A stretch of 58,377 bases of DNA from assembly GCA_963977015.1 (NCBI GenBank), contig CAXBMO010000033.1, positions 1-58,377 on the forward strand, in the 5' to 3' direction. The stretch is from an uncultured bacterium (lineage in GTDB: Bacteria > Verrucomicrobiota > Verrucomicrobiia > Verrucomicrobiales > DEV007). Under the pieces are notes generated by a model. It saw only the letters and a list, made by a program, of their open reading frames with translations, ran no database searches and was not told where the DNA came from. Shown one piece after another: positions 13,303 through 22,315 of this stretch; position 1 is the stretch's first letter, and each line of letters begins with the position of its first letter. Both the position numbers and the translations under genes were made by a program.

Positions 13303-14105
13303 CCGGTCGTTGTCTGACGGCGCTTGATTCTTCGAGCGCGTCGCCCGGCCCGGGCCAACGGCAGTCCTCCGGCGAGGCCAAAAAGCGATCCGAGGTAGGC
13401 TCCAACCAGGACATCGCTGGGGTAGTGGGCCTTGTCATACATTCGCGCCCAACCCATGGTGCCGGCATAAAGGAGCACGGGAATTCCAAAGGTAGGCAAC
13501 GCGGAAACAACGGGAACCGCCGTGCCAAATGCGGTGGAAGTGTGGCCGGAAGGAAATCCGTGATATTTGGCCTGAAATTGCGGCCCCTGAAACTGGGCGG
13601 GATCAACATTGGTAAAGGGCCTTGGTCGTCCCATCGAAAAGCGGAACACGTTGCAGACCAATCCCGCCAAAACCGTCGATACGAAAACCATCATGGCAAG
13701 GCGCTGCATGTAGCGAGACTTTCGGGCCAGGCCAATCATCCAAAGCCCGAAAATGATGGCAAAGTTGAATTGGGCAAGGCTGCCGGTATGGCCAATGACT
13801 TGAGAGATTTTGCGAACATCGTCAGAATCGATATTCATGGATTTGGCGGCGGATAGTTCAGCGGGGTCCAGGTCATTGCGAATCGCTTTGTGCCACGCCA
13901 GGTCATTGGGAAACGTCGTGACCACAACGGTTGAAATCACCAATGCGAGCGAAATGATGCTTTTGACTTTGTGACGCTTCAGGAATTTCCAAATCACCCG
14001 CAGTCCCCACAGGAAATCGCGTTTCAAACGCAAATCAGGAAGGTTCTTCAGGTGGCTCGAACGACCGAGGCGGCGAGCAGGCGACAATTGTGTGAGTGTG
14101 TCCAT
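13299..14105 (-). CDS. PAP2-family membrane phosphatase (LpxE/LpxF/PgpB-like)
   Basis: GRPRP, FPSGH, ARMYDKAHYPSDV catalytic motifs; ATG at 14105 preferred over TTG at 14120. Confidence 0.88.
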   Translation of the reverse strand: MDTLTQLSPARRLGRSSHLKNLPDLRLKRDFLWGLRVIWKFLKRHKVKSIISLALVISTVVVTTFPNDLAWHKAIRNDLDPAELSAAKSMNIDSDDVRKISQVIGHTGSLAQFNFAIIFGLWMIGLARKSRYMQRLAMMVFVSTVLAGLVCNVFRFSMGRPRPFTNVDPAQFQGPQFQAKYHGFPSGHTSTAFGTAVPVVSALPTFGIPVLLYAGTMGWARMYDKAHYPSDVLVGAYLGSLFGLAGGLPLARAGRRARRIKRRQTTTG

Positions 14106-14309
14106 GGGGAAGTGTTCCAACGAGTTAAGAACCTTCGTTAGTATCCCAAGTGGTTGCGGATCGTCTGCAGGATTACGGTGACTATCTCGTCAAAAACCAG
14201 ACGAAGTTTCCCTTTCAATGCCCATTGATCAGCGGTTGACTCCGTATTAGATACTCTGATTGGCCGATTCGCTGAATGCGAACTTCGTCCCCCGACCTTT
14301 CCCAACCGG

Positions 14310-16304
14310 ATGAGTTTTCTTCAAACCTGGATACTTTTCGCCCTGCCGCTGGCAGCCCTTCCGGTGATCATTCACCTGATCAACCAGTATCGGCATCGTA
14401 CGGTGCAATGGGGGGCGATGCAGTTTTTGCTGAGTGCCAAGCGCATGAATCGGGGGATGGCGAGGTTGAAGCAGATTTTAGTTCTCGCGATGCGTGTCCT
14501 CGCGGTGTTGGGGCTGATTTTCGCCATCAGCCGACCGTTGGCCAGTGGGTGGTTTGGCGTCGCCCTTGGCGGTTCGTCCGATACCACCATTATTCTGTTG
14601 GATCGCAGTGCCAGTATGGAGCAGACCGATTCCCGAACCGGCGAAAGCAAACGCGAAACGGGATTGCGCAAGATTCAGCAACTTCTTGAAAAAACGGCGA
14701 GCGGTTCGCGCATCGTCCTGATCGACAGTGTGGAACTTCGACCGGAAGAGGTGCTTTCTCCGAAGGCGCTGTTCGATTTACCGAATATCAGCGGGACCGC
14801 GACCCGGGCGGATATTCCGGCGATGCTCCAGCGCGCGTTTGACTTCATGATCGAGAATGAGGCGGGGCGGACCGATGTTTGGATTCTGTCTGATCTCCGG
14901 GCGAGCGATTGGGACCCGAACGGAGGCCGTTGGGACTCTTTGCGAAGTGCGGCTTCCGAGCTGGACGGGTTGCGGATCAATCTCCTCACCTACCCTGAAA
15001 CGACGAATGACAATCTCTCGGTTCACCTCTCGAGCGTCTCGCGTCGCGCGGGGATCGATCAAGGGCAGCTCTTGCTTGATCTCAAGGTTCAGCGCTCAAG
15101 TTCCAGTGCGGGACCGACGACCGTGCCGGTTGGGTTTGTGGTCAATGGCGTTCGGACCGCTCTCGATTTGGATCTCAACGAAAACGAACTCGCCCTACAG
15201 GGATACGCGTTGCCGATCGATTCTCAAACCACTCGAGGGTGGGGGAGGATCGAACTGCCGAATGACAGCAACCAAATGGACAACGTCGCCTATTTTGTGT
15301 TCAGCGAACCGGCGGAACGGCTCACCACGATTGTGAGTTCGAACCGGCAAGCGTTTGAGCCCATGCAAGTCGCGGCGAGCACTGCGGCTGAGGCTGGCGT
15401 GCGGCACGATACGATTGTTCTGGAACCGGAGCAGACTGCGGAAATCGATTGGGAGAATAGCGCGATGATTCTATGGCAGGCGCCGTTGCCTGACGCAAAA
15501 AGCATCACCGCGCAACAATTGCAGAACTTCGTCGAGGCCGGTCGCAGCGTGATCTTTTTTCCTCCGGAGCGGCTGGAAAATGGTGAGTTTCTCGGAGCAA
15601 AGTGGGAAGAATGGCAGCGTACTTCCGAAGACCAACCGCTTCAGGTTGGCTGGTGGCGTCCCGACTCTGATCTCCTCGAAAATACCCAGAGCGGGAGTGC
15701 CCTTCCCGTTGGGGAGTTGGAAATTCTTCGGTATTGCACGATCGGTGGCACGTCGAGTCCGCTGGCGCGCATCGGCGAGAACATCCCGGTCCTGAGCCGG
15801 ATCGCCACGGACCGCGGGCGCGTCTATTTTTGCGGAGTTTTGCCGCAGAGCACGCATTCGACGCTCGCGCGAGATGGAGTCGTCTTTTACGTGATGTTGC
15901 AGCGGGCGCTGATGGCTGGCGCGAATGGATTGTCCAGCGCACAGGTCGTCGATGCGGGGAAGGACGTTCTCGGATTTGGCGATTGGGCCCGGCTGGCCGG
16001 GAATGAGCGCGGAATTCCCGGTTCTGATCACCAATTGCTTCCCGGAGCTTTCGAGTCCGGCCAACGGTTGAGGGCGACCAATTGGCCACCGTCGGAGTCT
16101 GATTTGACAGTTCTGGATGAAACTGTCCTGGCGGGCGTGCTCACGGGGCTGGACTATCAGGTGATCAAGGACCAGGCGGGCGGCTCGGATTCGCTCGCGA
16201 ATGAAATTTGGCGGGCCTTTATCATCACGATGGCGCTGGCACTTCTGGTCGAGGCCATCCTCTGTCTACCGACTCCCAGAAACCGGCAACCAATCCGGAC
16301 CTAG
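14310..16304 (+). CDS. BatA N-terminal / vWA domain membrane protein
   Basis: MSFLQ.W.LF...LPVIIHLIN...WGAMQFL BatA motif; DRSASM MIDAS; ILSD; C-terminal W...LL.E TM. Confidence 0.85.
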   Translation: MSFLQTWILFALPLAALPVIIHLINQYRHRTVQWGAMQFLLSAKRMNRGMARLKQILVLAMRVLAVLGLIFAISRPLASGWFGVALGGSSDTTIILLDRSASMEQTDSRTGESKRETGLRKIQQLLEKTASGSRIVLIDSVELRPEEVLSPKALFDLPNISGTATRADIPAMLQRAFDFMIENEAGRTDVWILSDLRASDWDPNGGRWDSLRSAASELDGLRINLLTYPETTNDNLSVHLSSVSRRAGIDQGQLLLDLKVQRSSSSAGPTTVPVGFVVNGVRTALDLDLNENELALQGYALPIDSQTTRGWGRIELPNDSNQMDNVAYFVFSEPAERLTTIVSSNRQAFEPMQVAASTAAEAGVRHDTIVLEPEQTAEIDWENSAMILWQAPLPDAKSITAQQLQNFVEAGRSVIFFPPERLENGEFLGAKWEEWQRTSEDQPLQVGWWRPDSDLLENTQSGSALPVGELEILRYCTIGGTSSPLARIGENIPVLSRIATDRGRVYFCGVLPQSTHSTLARDGVVFYVMLQRALMAGANGLSSAQVVDAGKDVLGFGDWARLAGNERGIPGSDHQLLPGAFESGQRLRATNWPPSESDLTVLDETVLAGVLTGLDYQVIKDQAGGSDSLANEIWRAFIITMALALLVEAILCLPTPRNRQPIRT

Positions 16305-16411
16305 ATTTTGGCCGGGTTGCGGTTTCCGTACACAAAAATCGACTCCCCGGGGACCAGGGAGCCGACTTTTCAGATTCGATAAAGTTAACGCACTCTGCAG
16401 GCTAATCCGGA

Positions 16412-16870
16412 CTAGCTTGCAGCTTTTTTAGCTTTACCGACTGCGCGAAGGGCCTTCTGGCGGGCTTTGATGGCCATATCCAGGGCTTTTTCCTTCCCGT
16501 AACGACTGATGGAAAACTTGGCTGTGCGACGTTTGCCGTTTTCATCAGCCCAGGCGGCTTGCCAGTATTGATACTGTTTGTTTTCGCCTACTTTACTGAC
16601 CACGTGGGTCACGCCAGTGACGCCGCTCTTCAAAGCTTTGCGCTTTTTGCGAGCTGCCATCTCTTGCTTGTATTTGGGCATCTTCGCCAGAAGCTTATCC
16701 CGGTATTCCTTAGCCAGTTTGAGGGCTTTGGTCTTACCGCCCGACGACTTGTCTGGGAAGTACTTCTGGTGGGTGGTTCCACGATGGGTGATCCTTACGT
16801 AGAATCCGTGGTTCTTCTTTTCTGGTTGGTCGATACGGGTAATCCCGTAATTTGCTCTTGGTGCTACCAT
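16412..16870 (-). CDS. Basic protein with two AP2-like DNA-binding domains
   Basis: GITR...FYVRI...KYF.DK..GG...ALKLAKEYRD and SGVTGV...WQAAW...GKRR..KFSISRYG...ALDMAIKAR. Confidence 0.8.
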   Translation of the reverse strand: MVAPRANYGITRIDQPEKKNHGFYVRITHRGTTHQKYFPDKSSGGKTKALKLAKEYRDKLLAKMPKYKQEMAARKKRKALKSGVTGVTHVVSKVGENKQYQYWQAAWADENGKRRTAKFSISRYGKEKALDMAIKARQKALRAVGKAKKAAS

Positions 16871-17113
16871 TCTATGACTCCTGTTTTGGGTTCGGGTATT
16901 GTGGTGCGTCGGGGCAATTATAGTAGGTATGATAAACTATGCAAGCAGAAAACTTAACATTTCCTAAATTTATAGTTTTTCGAATAGGTGGTGGTGCGAG
17001 GGACGTTACTAACGAGAAGCTAAGCCTCTTGCAAACAAGTTCTTCACAATATATCCACAAAATGGGGGATATGCTAGTGATACTAACTGAGACGCCAATT
17101 TCCTGACAAAAAG

Positions 17114-17560
17114 TCACGAATTTTGACGAATGGCCTCATACAGAACGATACCTACCGCTGTCGCCAGATTTAGACTGCGCGTACTTTCCATAGGAATTGT
17201 CAGGCAATTCTTCTCGTTTCTCTGAAGAAGTGACTCCGGTAGACCTTTCGTTTCTCTCCCAAAAACAAGATAGTCTTGTGGGGTGAAATCCTGGCTCCAA
17301 TATTTTTTTTCCGACTTGGTCGTAAAATAGAAAAGACGGGGAGAATCAGGCAGATTCGATTCAAATTCCGCCCACGAGCTCCACGTCTTTTGCTTCACAT
17401 CACGCCAGTAGTCCAATCCAGCCCGCCTCAGAGCCTTGTCGTCGATCGAAAATCCCAAGGGTTCGATGAGATGCAGCGTTGAGCCTGTTGCGAGACATAA
17501 CCGACCAATATTTCCGGTATTGGGAGGAATCTCCGGTTCAAGCAGAACAACGTTGAACAT
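17114..17560 (-). CDS. trmL: tRNA (cytidine(34)-2'-O)-methyltransferase
   Basis: PEIPPNTGNIGR, LRRAGLDYW, FGRETKGLP, RSLNL SPOUT motifs; start at MFNVVL. Confidence 0.93.
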   Translation of the reverse strand: MFNVVLLEPEIPPNTGNIGRLCLATGSTLHLIEPLGFSIDDKALRRAGLDYWRDVKQKTWSSWAEFESNLPDSPRLFYFTTKSEKKYWSQDFTPQDYLVFGRETKGLPESLLQRNEKNCLTIPMESTRSLNLATAVGIVLYEAIRQNS

Positions 17561-17743
17561 CAGGGCGTTTTTGTGGGCGCAAGGCTTGGGGTGCCAAAGA
17601 GCCTCCCGATGCGGCAAAGGGAGAGATGGGCCGAGAAAGTTGGTTGAGTCGCAGACCTATGCCGTCTGTGAACTTCCCCGAAAAGAAAGGGCGTCACTTC
17701 CTGGAAGAGCTACCAGGATCCAATGAAATGCCGGTGGGGCGAC

Positions 17744-17983
17744 TCAGAGGAGGTCCTCGCTTACCACAGACTGCTGCTCGCGAGATCCCAAGGCCTTAGC
17801 CTGATTCACGACGCTCTGCTGGTCGTCCTCAAACCGGTAGCTGTGGCAGTTGGGGCAAATGTTGACCTTCACGGCGACGATCGATTCACATCCTTCGCAA
17901 ATTTTGTATTTGCTGGGGTTGTCGACGATTTTCTGAGCTCGTCTAGCGCGATCCTGGAGGGCGGTGTTCTTTGCGTCGGCCAT
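17744..17983 (-). CDS. Small zinc-ribbon protein
   Basis: CEGC...CPNC motif in 79 aa. Confidence 0.75.
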   Translation of the reverse strand: MADAKNTALQDRARRAQKIVDNPSKYKICEGCESIVAVKVNICPNCHSYRFEDDQQSVVNQAKALGSREQQSVVSEDLL

Positions 17984-18173
17984 GATTTTAATAATTTTTA
18001 GAATTTATCAGATCTGCTTCCCAGATTCAACAAATTTTTTACAATAGAGAAGTGAACGAGAGTCGGAATCGGCAAAATGTATCAAATACGAGACAATCAA
18101 TCAAGTTTGAGAGGCAAAATGGCCAAAAAAAGTTCACGATTGGCGCGTCCAATTTGTTAAATTTTTGGAAGCT

Positions 18174-21100
18174 CTAGTTTTCTACAGCAATGAGCCGATT
18201 TTGGAGGAACCAATCGCGCCATTGTTGGTAGGATTTGTCCTTTGCCTGCTTCTCAAGATCCTTCATGACTGATTGGACGGCTTTCGGAGAATCCTCGTGC
18301 CAATGAATTTCGCCCTTTTCATCGAACCGGAAGCCGAGCAGTGATTCTGCCAGGTCGGCGAGCCAGGAAGGAGCGTTCTCAAAATCCGCGAACGTCTCCA
18401 GAAGGGGAGGAGCTTCCACTTCGTAGGGGGAATCATAGAATTCCTCCTCGTCGTCTTCGCCGGTGGTTGCAGCCTTGCTGAGGAGGGTTTGGCTGCTGAT
18501 TCCTGGCAGATCCAGCATTTTTCCGCCGGTCACCATGTCGGCCATGTGCCAGCGGCCCGATTCATCATAGTGGAAGAACCAGTCGTGGGTTGGGGCGAGG
18601 GACGCGTATTCAGGATAGCCTTGGCGGGAGCGGTTCACACCAATCTCGCGACCGGTTCCCAAATCGAAAACGCTGATCCTGGCGCCGGGTGCTTCACCCT
18701 GGGCGATGACCAGCCGCCGGAAGGTGGGGCTGAAACTCAGGATCGCCCGGTCATCACTGCTGGTGGGAATGTCGAAACTGGCCAGCTTTCGCCCGGAGAC
18801 GGAAATGGCCTCAATGCGATTTCGATACAGAAGGGCGAGGCTGCTGCCCGAGTCGCTCAATTTCCAGTCTTCCAGCCGAGTCCGGTCGTTGTCGGCGCCT
18901 TTCCGGGAGTAGACCTTTTTGCCATCCACCATCAACCGAAGCTCGGACGACGCTCCGTCGTAGCCAAATTCCCAATGTTGAGGCGCCTTCCCAACCGTTT
19001 CCCCTTCGGCCAAGGCGATCGTCTCTCCCGGCAGCAGCTTGTTGTTGCGTGGGGGCAGCGCGAAGTCAGGACTTGGCCGGACCGCCGGTGTGGTGGCAAA
19101 TTCACGAATGCTGATTTTTCCATCCTCTCCCTTCGTCGCGAGATAGAGTCGTTCCAGGCCCTCGTCAAAGCAGCTGCTCACCACGTTGTCCTGGGTGATG
19201 ACTGGGCTGATGGCGTGAACTTTGGGGCTCTTCCCTTCCGGGATGCGATGAATGGTTGTGAGGGAGCCAACCGGCTTCCCTTTCCAGTTGGCGGGTGCCA
19301 CGCTCACTTCCGCCATATTGTAAGGGGGAGAAAAAATACCGGAGATCTCGGTGATGGTTCCGCCGGTCTCGCGATCGACAATCAGCGCCGGGTTCAAATC
19401 GTCTTTGGCGGGGAACAACGCGATTTGTTGACCATCAAGGGAGATTTGCAGATCCGGCTCAAAGTCCTTCGCATCGACTTCGAACGGTCCCCAGGTGTTG
19501 AGCGGAATGGTGACCGACTGATAACTGAGGAGAAACGTCAGAGCCGCCGTTGCCGGATTGTTGTCCGGATTCTTGCGAATGGAACTGGTCAACTTGGCGA
19601 TTGCCATGGGGATGCCTTTTTCACCCTCGTTCGCCAGCCATTGTCCGGCATTGATTGTTTCTGCATCGGGATCCGCAGTCTGCCGTCCCGGAGTATGAAG
19701 ATAAAAGGGAGGATTCTTTCCGGTCGAAATCCAGGGATGCTGGGCGCCTTCAGACCAGGTATCGACCGTCTTGCCTGCAATGGTGACAGCATGTCTAATA
19801 TCCAGGTTTTTCTGGAGAGAGGCTGTCAATGCGGTCGCAAAGTGACTGTTCTTACCCGGGCGAGGTTCGGGAGCGACAAACTCTCCCGGCTTGGCTGCCA
19901 TGACGAACATTTGACCATCTTTCGCGGTCATTTTGGCCAACCCACTTTGCGTCAGCACGGTTTTTCCGCCCAGGCTCAATCCAGGAATGCGGAGAAGAAG
20001 ATGCGTTGACGGATCCGCGTGATTGAAAGAGTTCGGGCGGCTGCAATCGAGGATCAGGGTCATCATCCTCAGATTTTTCTTCTCCAGCGTCTCGACGATC
20101 TCGTCGATGGAAACGGAACTCTTTAAAGCCGACTCCTTGTCGAGAAAACTGACGCCGATGGGCGCAAAGTAGTTTTTCCCACCGAGTTGGAGGCCGTGAC
20201 CCGAGAGATAGAGGATGAAAGCGTCGTCCTCGTTCAGGGAATTCGTCGCTTGTGCGATGGAGGCGAGAATTTGCGCTTTGGTCTGGTTCTTGGTGACAGT
20301 CACTTCCGAGCCCGTCTTGCGGAGCGTCTTCGCGAGAATGTCCGCATCGTTTTCCGGAGTTTCGAGATCGAAGGCGCGCGGTCCGGGATTACCGGAAGAG
20401 TAGTTGCCGTTTGCGACGAGCAGCGAAACGACGCGGGCGTCTCCCGTCGAGTTGCGAACCACCGGGGCCAAACGTTCCAAGACGGATTCGGCCTCTACTT
20501 TCACGTTCGGAAGTGGAAGTTCCGGCGTGGCGATCGGGGCGGGGGGATCAACCCTGCGCGAAACGCTCCCCAAAACCTGGGTCCAGTTCGCATTCGAGCC
20601 GCGCAAGGCGCGATTCCAACTCCAGGTCGATGCATAATACACCTCGCCACTATCCAGGGTCAGTTCCGCTTTGGCGCCAAAGGTGGACTTGGACTTGATC
20701 CACTTGAGGAGACGCCCATCCCGTGGGGCTGAAAAGATTTTGTGTCCTTTGGGGGCGGGAAGATCCAACTCCGAATCGAAAACCTGAATCCGGCCGCCAA
20801 AGCGCTGCTCAAGTCGCTCCACGATTGTCAACGGCTTGGTCGGCTCATCCGCAGCAACGGGTTCTTCAGCAACCGTTTCCTCCTCGGCGGATTCCTCAAC
20901 GACCGTTTCTTCCTCGGCAGGTTCTGATTCTGTTTCCGCTTTCGCCGCGGGATCAGGAGTCAGGCAAATCCAGTTGGCATGTCCGCCCTTGAGGTGGCGA
21001 GACCAACTCCAATCCGACATGTAATAGGTTGTCCCTTCGAAATCGACTTTCCCTTTGGCCGTAATCTTCTGGGATTCCGTGATGGTCTTGAGAATCGTTC

Positions 21101-21242
21101 CGCCTGGAGATTCGAGAACGGTGTGTCCGTGCTTCGCCGTAATGGATTGAGCTGGAGTCAGTTCCTCCAAATCATCGGTCCAGGACTCAGCTTGGAGGAA
21201 GGCGGGGATGATCAGCAGAAGCGCGGGTAAAAGAATTCTCAT
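18174..21242 (-). CDS. Large secreted protein: two N-terminal repeats, caspase-like (C14) domain, beta-rich C-terminus
   Basis: Signal peptide MRILLPALL; LLVANGNY, LETPENDA, YLSGHG, ILDCSR, NSHFATAL, QHPW caspase-fold motifs. Confidence 0.82.
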   Translation of the reverse strand: MRILLPALLLIIPAFLQAESWTDDLEELTPAQSITAKHGHTVLESPGGTILKTITESQKITAKGKVDFEGTTYYMSDWSWSRHLKGGHANWICLTPDPAAKAETESEPAEEETVVEESAEEETVAEEPVAADEPTKPLTIVERLEQRFGGRIQVFDSELDLPAPKGHKIFSAPRDGRLLKWIKSKSTFGAKAELTLDSGEVYYASTWSWNRALRGSNANWTQVLGSVSRRVDPPAPIATPELPLPNVKVEAESVLERLAPVVRNSTGDARVVSLLVANGNYSSGNPGPRAFDLETPENDADILAKTLRKTGSEVTVTKNQTKAQILASIAQATNSLNEDDAFILYLSGHGLQLGGKNYFAPIGVSFLDKESALKSSVSIDEIVETLEKKNLRMMTLILDCSRPNSFNHADPSTHLLLRIPGLSLGGKTVLTQSGLAKMTAKDGQMFVMAAKPGEFVAPEPRPGKNSHFATALTASLQKNLDIRHAVTIAGKTVDTWSEGAQHPWISTGKNPPFYLHTPGRQTADPDAETINAGQWLANEGEKGIPMAIAKLTSSIRKNPDNNPATAALTFLLSYQSVTIPLNTWGPFEVDAKDFEPDLQISLDGQQIALFPAKDDLNPALIVDRETGGTITEISGIFSPPYNMAEVSVAPANWKGKPVGSLTTIHRIPEGKSPKVHAISPVITQDNVVSSCFDEGLERLYLATKGEDGKISIREFATTPAVRPSPDFALPPRNNKLLPGETIALAEGETVGKAPQHWEFGYDGASSELRLMVDGKKVYSRKGADNDRTRLEDWKLSDSGSSLALLYRNRIEAISVSGRKLASFDIPTSSDDRAILSFSPTFRRLVIAQGEAPGARISVFDLGTGREIGVNRSRQGYPEYASLAPTHDWFFHYDESGRWHMADMVTGGKMLDLPGISSQTLLSKAATTGEDDEEEFYDSPYEVEAPPLLETFADFENAPSWLADLAESLLGFRFDEKGEIHWHEDSPKAVQSVMKDLEKQAKDKSYQQWRDWFLQNRLIAVEN

Positions 21243-21470
21243 GTAAGGGACAAAGCGATATTTTTCGTTGGACGGAATTCGGCGCGAAATCAGCAAAGCG
21301 GATCGAACTTTTTGTGACTTGGCGGCGCTGTTTCGGAACTTTTAAAAATAACGCATCCCGAGATATCTAGCAAATCCGAATATATCTTTTTTGAGAAAAT
21401 CGCGGAAAATCGTCGCAGAAGTGAGAATCGGATTTTGTTGGATTGGGCAGCCAGCCATCGCCGATTGGAT

Positions 21471-21725
21471 CGCATGCATTTGGTAAACGTGACTGACAGG
21501 TTCGCGTTTTGCCTCGCGTGGATTCCAGACTGTTTCATCTGGCTTCAGCTCGCCGGAATACACCTGAATATAGCTGAGGTGGCCAAACTTCTGGTCGGAA
21601 GCCGACTTGAAAACGAGCGCCGTGAACGGAGCCTCTTCGGGCTTGGACGGTGCCGGCAAGTCGTCGACCACCGCATCCAACAAGGGTTGAACGCCCTTGT
21701 TCTTCAGAGCGCTACCACCAAATCG
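21471..21725 (-). pseudogene. fusA: Elongation factor G-like fragment (end of G domain plus start of domain II)
   Basis: GSALKNKGVQPLLDAVVD.LPAP...FTALVFK...GHLSYIQVYSG.L...VWN.R..K.E.V...YQMHA; in-frame TGA immediately upstream (21726-21728); similarity lost after QMHA. Confidence 0.8.
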
Positions 21726-21750
21726 TCAAGGATTGGCAACGTGAAACGGG

Positions 21751-21779
21751 TTGGCAGGTGAACCGATTCCGATTAGCCT
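21751..21779 (+). promoter_or_regulatory. Putative promoter of TA module 1 (leaderless geometry)
   Basis: TTGGCA-N17-TAGCCT, 6 nt before the GTG start at 21786. Confidence 0.5.
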
Positions 21780-21785
21780 GAAATC

Positions 21786-22013
21786 GTGAGTGTCGCCGAA
21801 ATCACAACTCAAGCCCTGCAACTCTCAGAAGAAGAACGCACGGAGTTAGCCGCGAATCTGTTCAATTCGCTCCAACTCCCCGATCCAAACGATGGCGGCC
21901 AAGACAGCTTGTCCGAAGCGATTATCCGTAGTGAAGAATTGGATTCGGGCAAGGAACGAGAAGTCCCTGAGGAAGAATTTTGGTCAATGGTTCAAGCTGA
22001 CCGGCAAAAATGA
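21786..22013 (+). CDS. Putative addiction-module antitoxin (TIGR02574-like)
   Basis: ALQLS.EER.ELA..L..SL...EA.IR.EEL.SG...VP.EE pattern; acidic; ATGA overlap with toxin. Confidence 0.85.
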   Translation: MSVAEITTQALQLSEEERTELAANLFNSLQLPDPNDGGQDSLSEAIIRSEELDSGKEREVPEEEFWSMVQADRQK

Positions 22014-22306
22014 ATGTCGCGTTTCACCCGCGAGTTCGAAAGGACATCCGGGAGATTGTCGATTACTACGATCAGCGATCCGATACGGCAGGTGATCGGT
22101 TCATTGGCGAACTCAACGAGTTGATCGACAAGGTTCGCGATAGCCCAAAAGGGTTTCACCCAGCTGACGAACGGCGGAGGCGATGTAATCTGAAGAAGTT
22201 CCCCTATCACTTCCTTTACGAATTGGTGAATAAGGAACAAACGATCCGTATTCTGGTCGTTCGCCATGATAAACGGCATCCCAGTTTCGGACTTCGCCGC
22301 CAATAA
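22010..22306 (+). CDS. RelE/ParE-family toxin
   Basis: FHP....DI.EI.DYY...F..EL...RR..L.KFPY...Y...I.ILVV.H.KR.P pattern. Confidence 0.9.
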   Translation: MNVAFHPRVRKDIREIVDYYDQRSDTAGDRFIGELNELIDKVRDSPKGFHPADERRRRCNLKKFPYHFLYELVNKEQTIRILVVRHDKRHPSFGLRRQ

Positions 22307-22315
22307 TCCACGGAA

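Noticed and set aside
17040-17060. DnaA-box-like TTCTTCACA and ATATCCACA in an AT-rich spacer (possible oriC)
   Set aside because: Only two imperfect boxes, and no dnaA/dnaN or box cluster nearby.
18489-20009. Long alternative ORFs (also 10182-11243, 11658-13145, 28361-29437, 39267-40220, 43580-44662)
   Set aside because: Antisense or off-frame shadows of well-supported genes in GC-rich DNA; no recognisable motifs.
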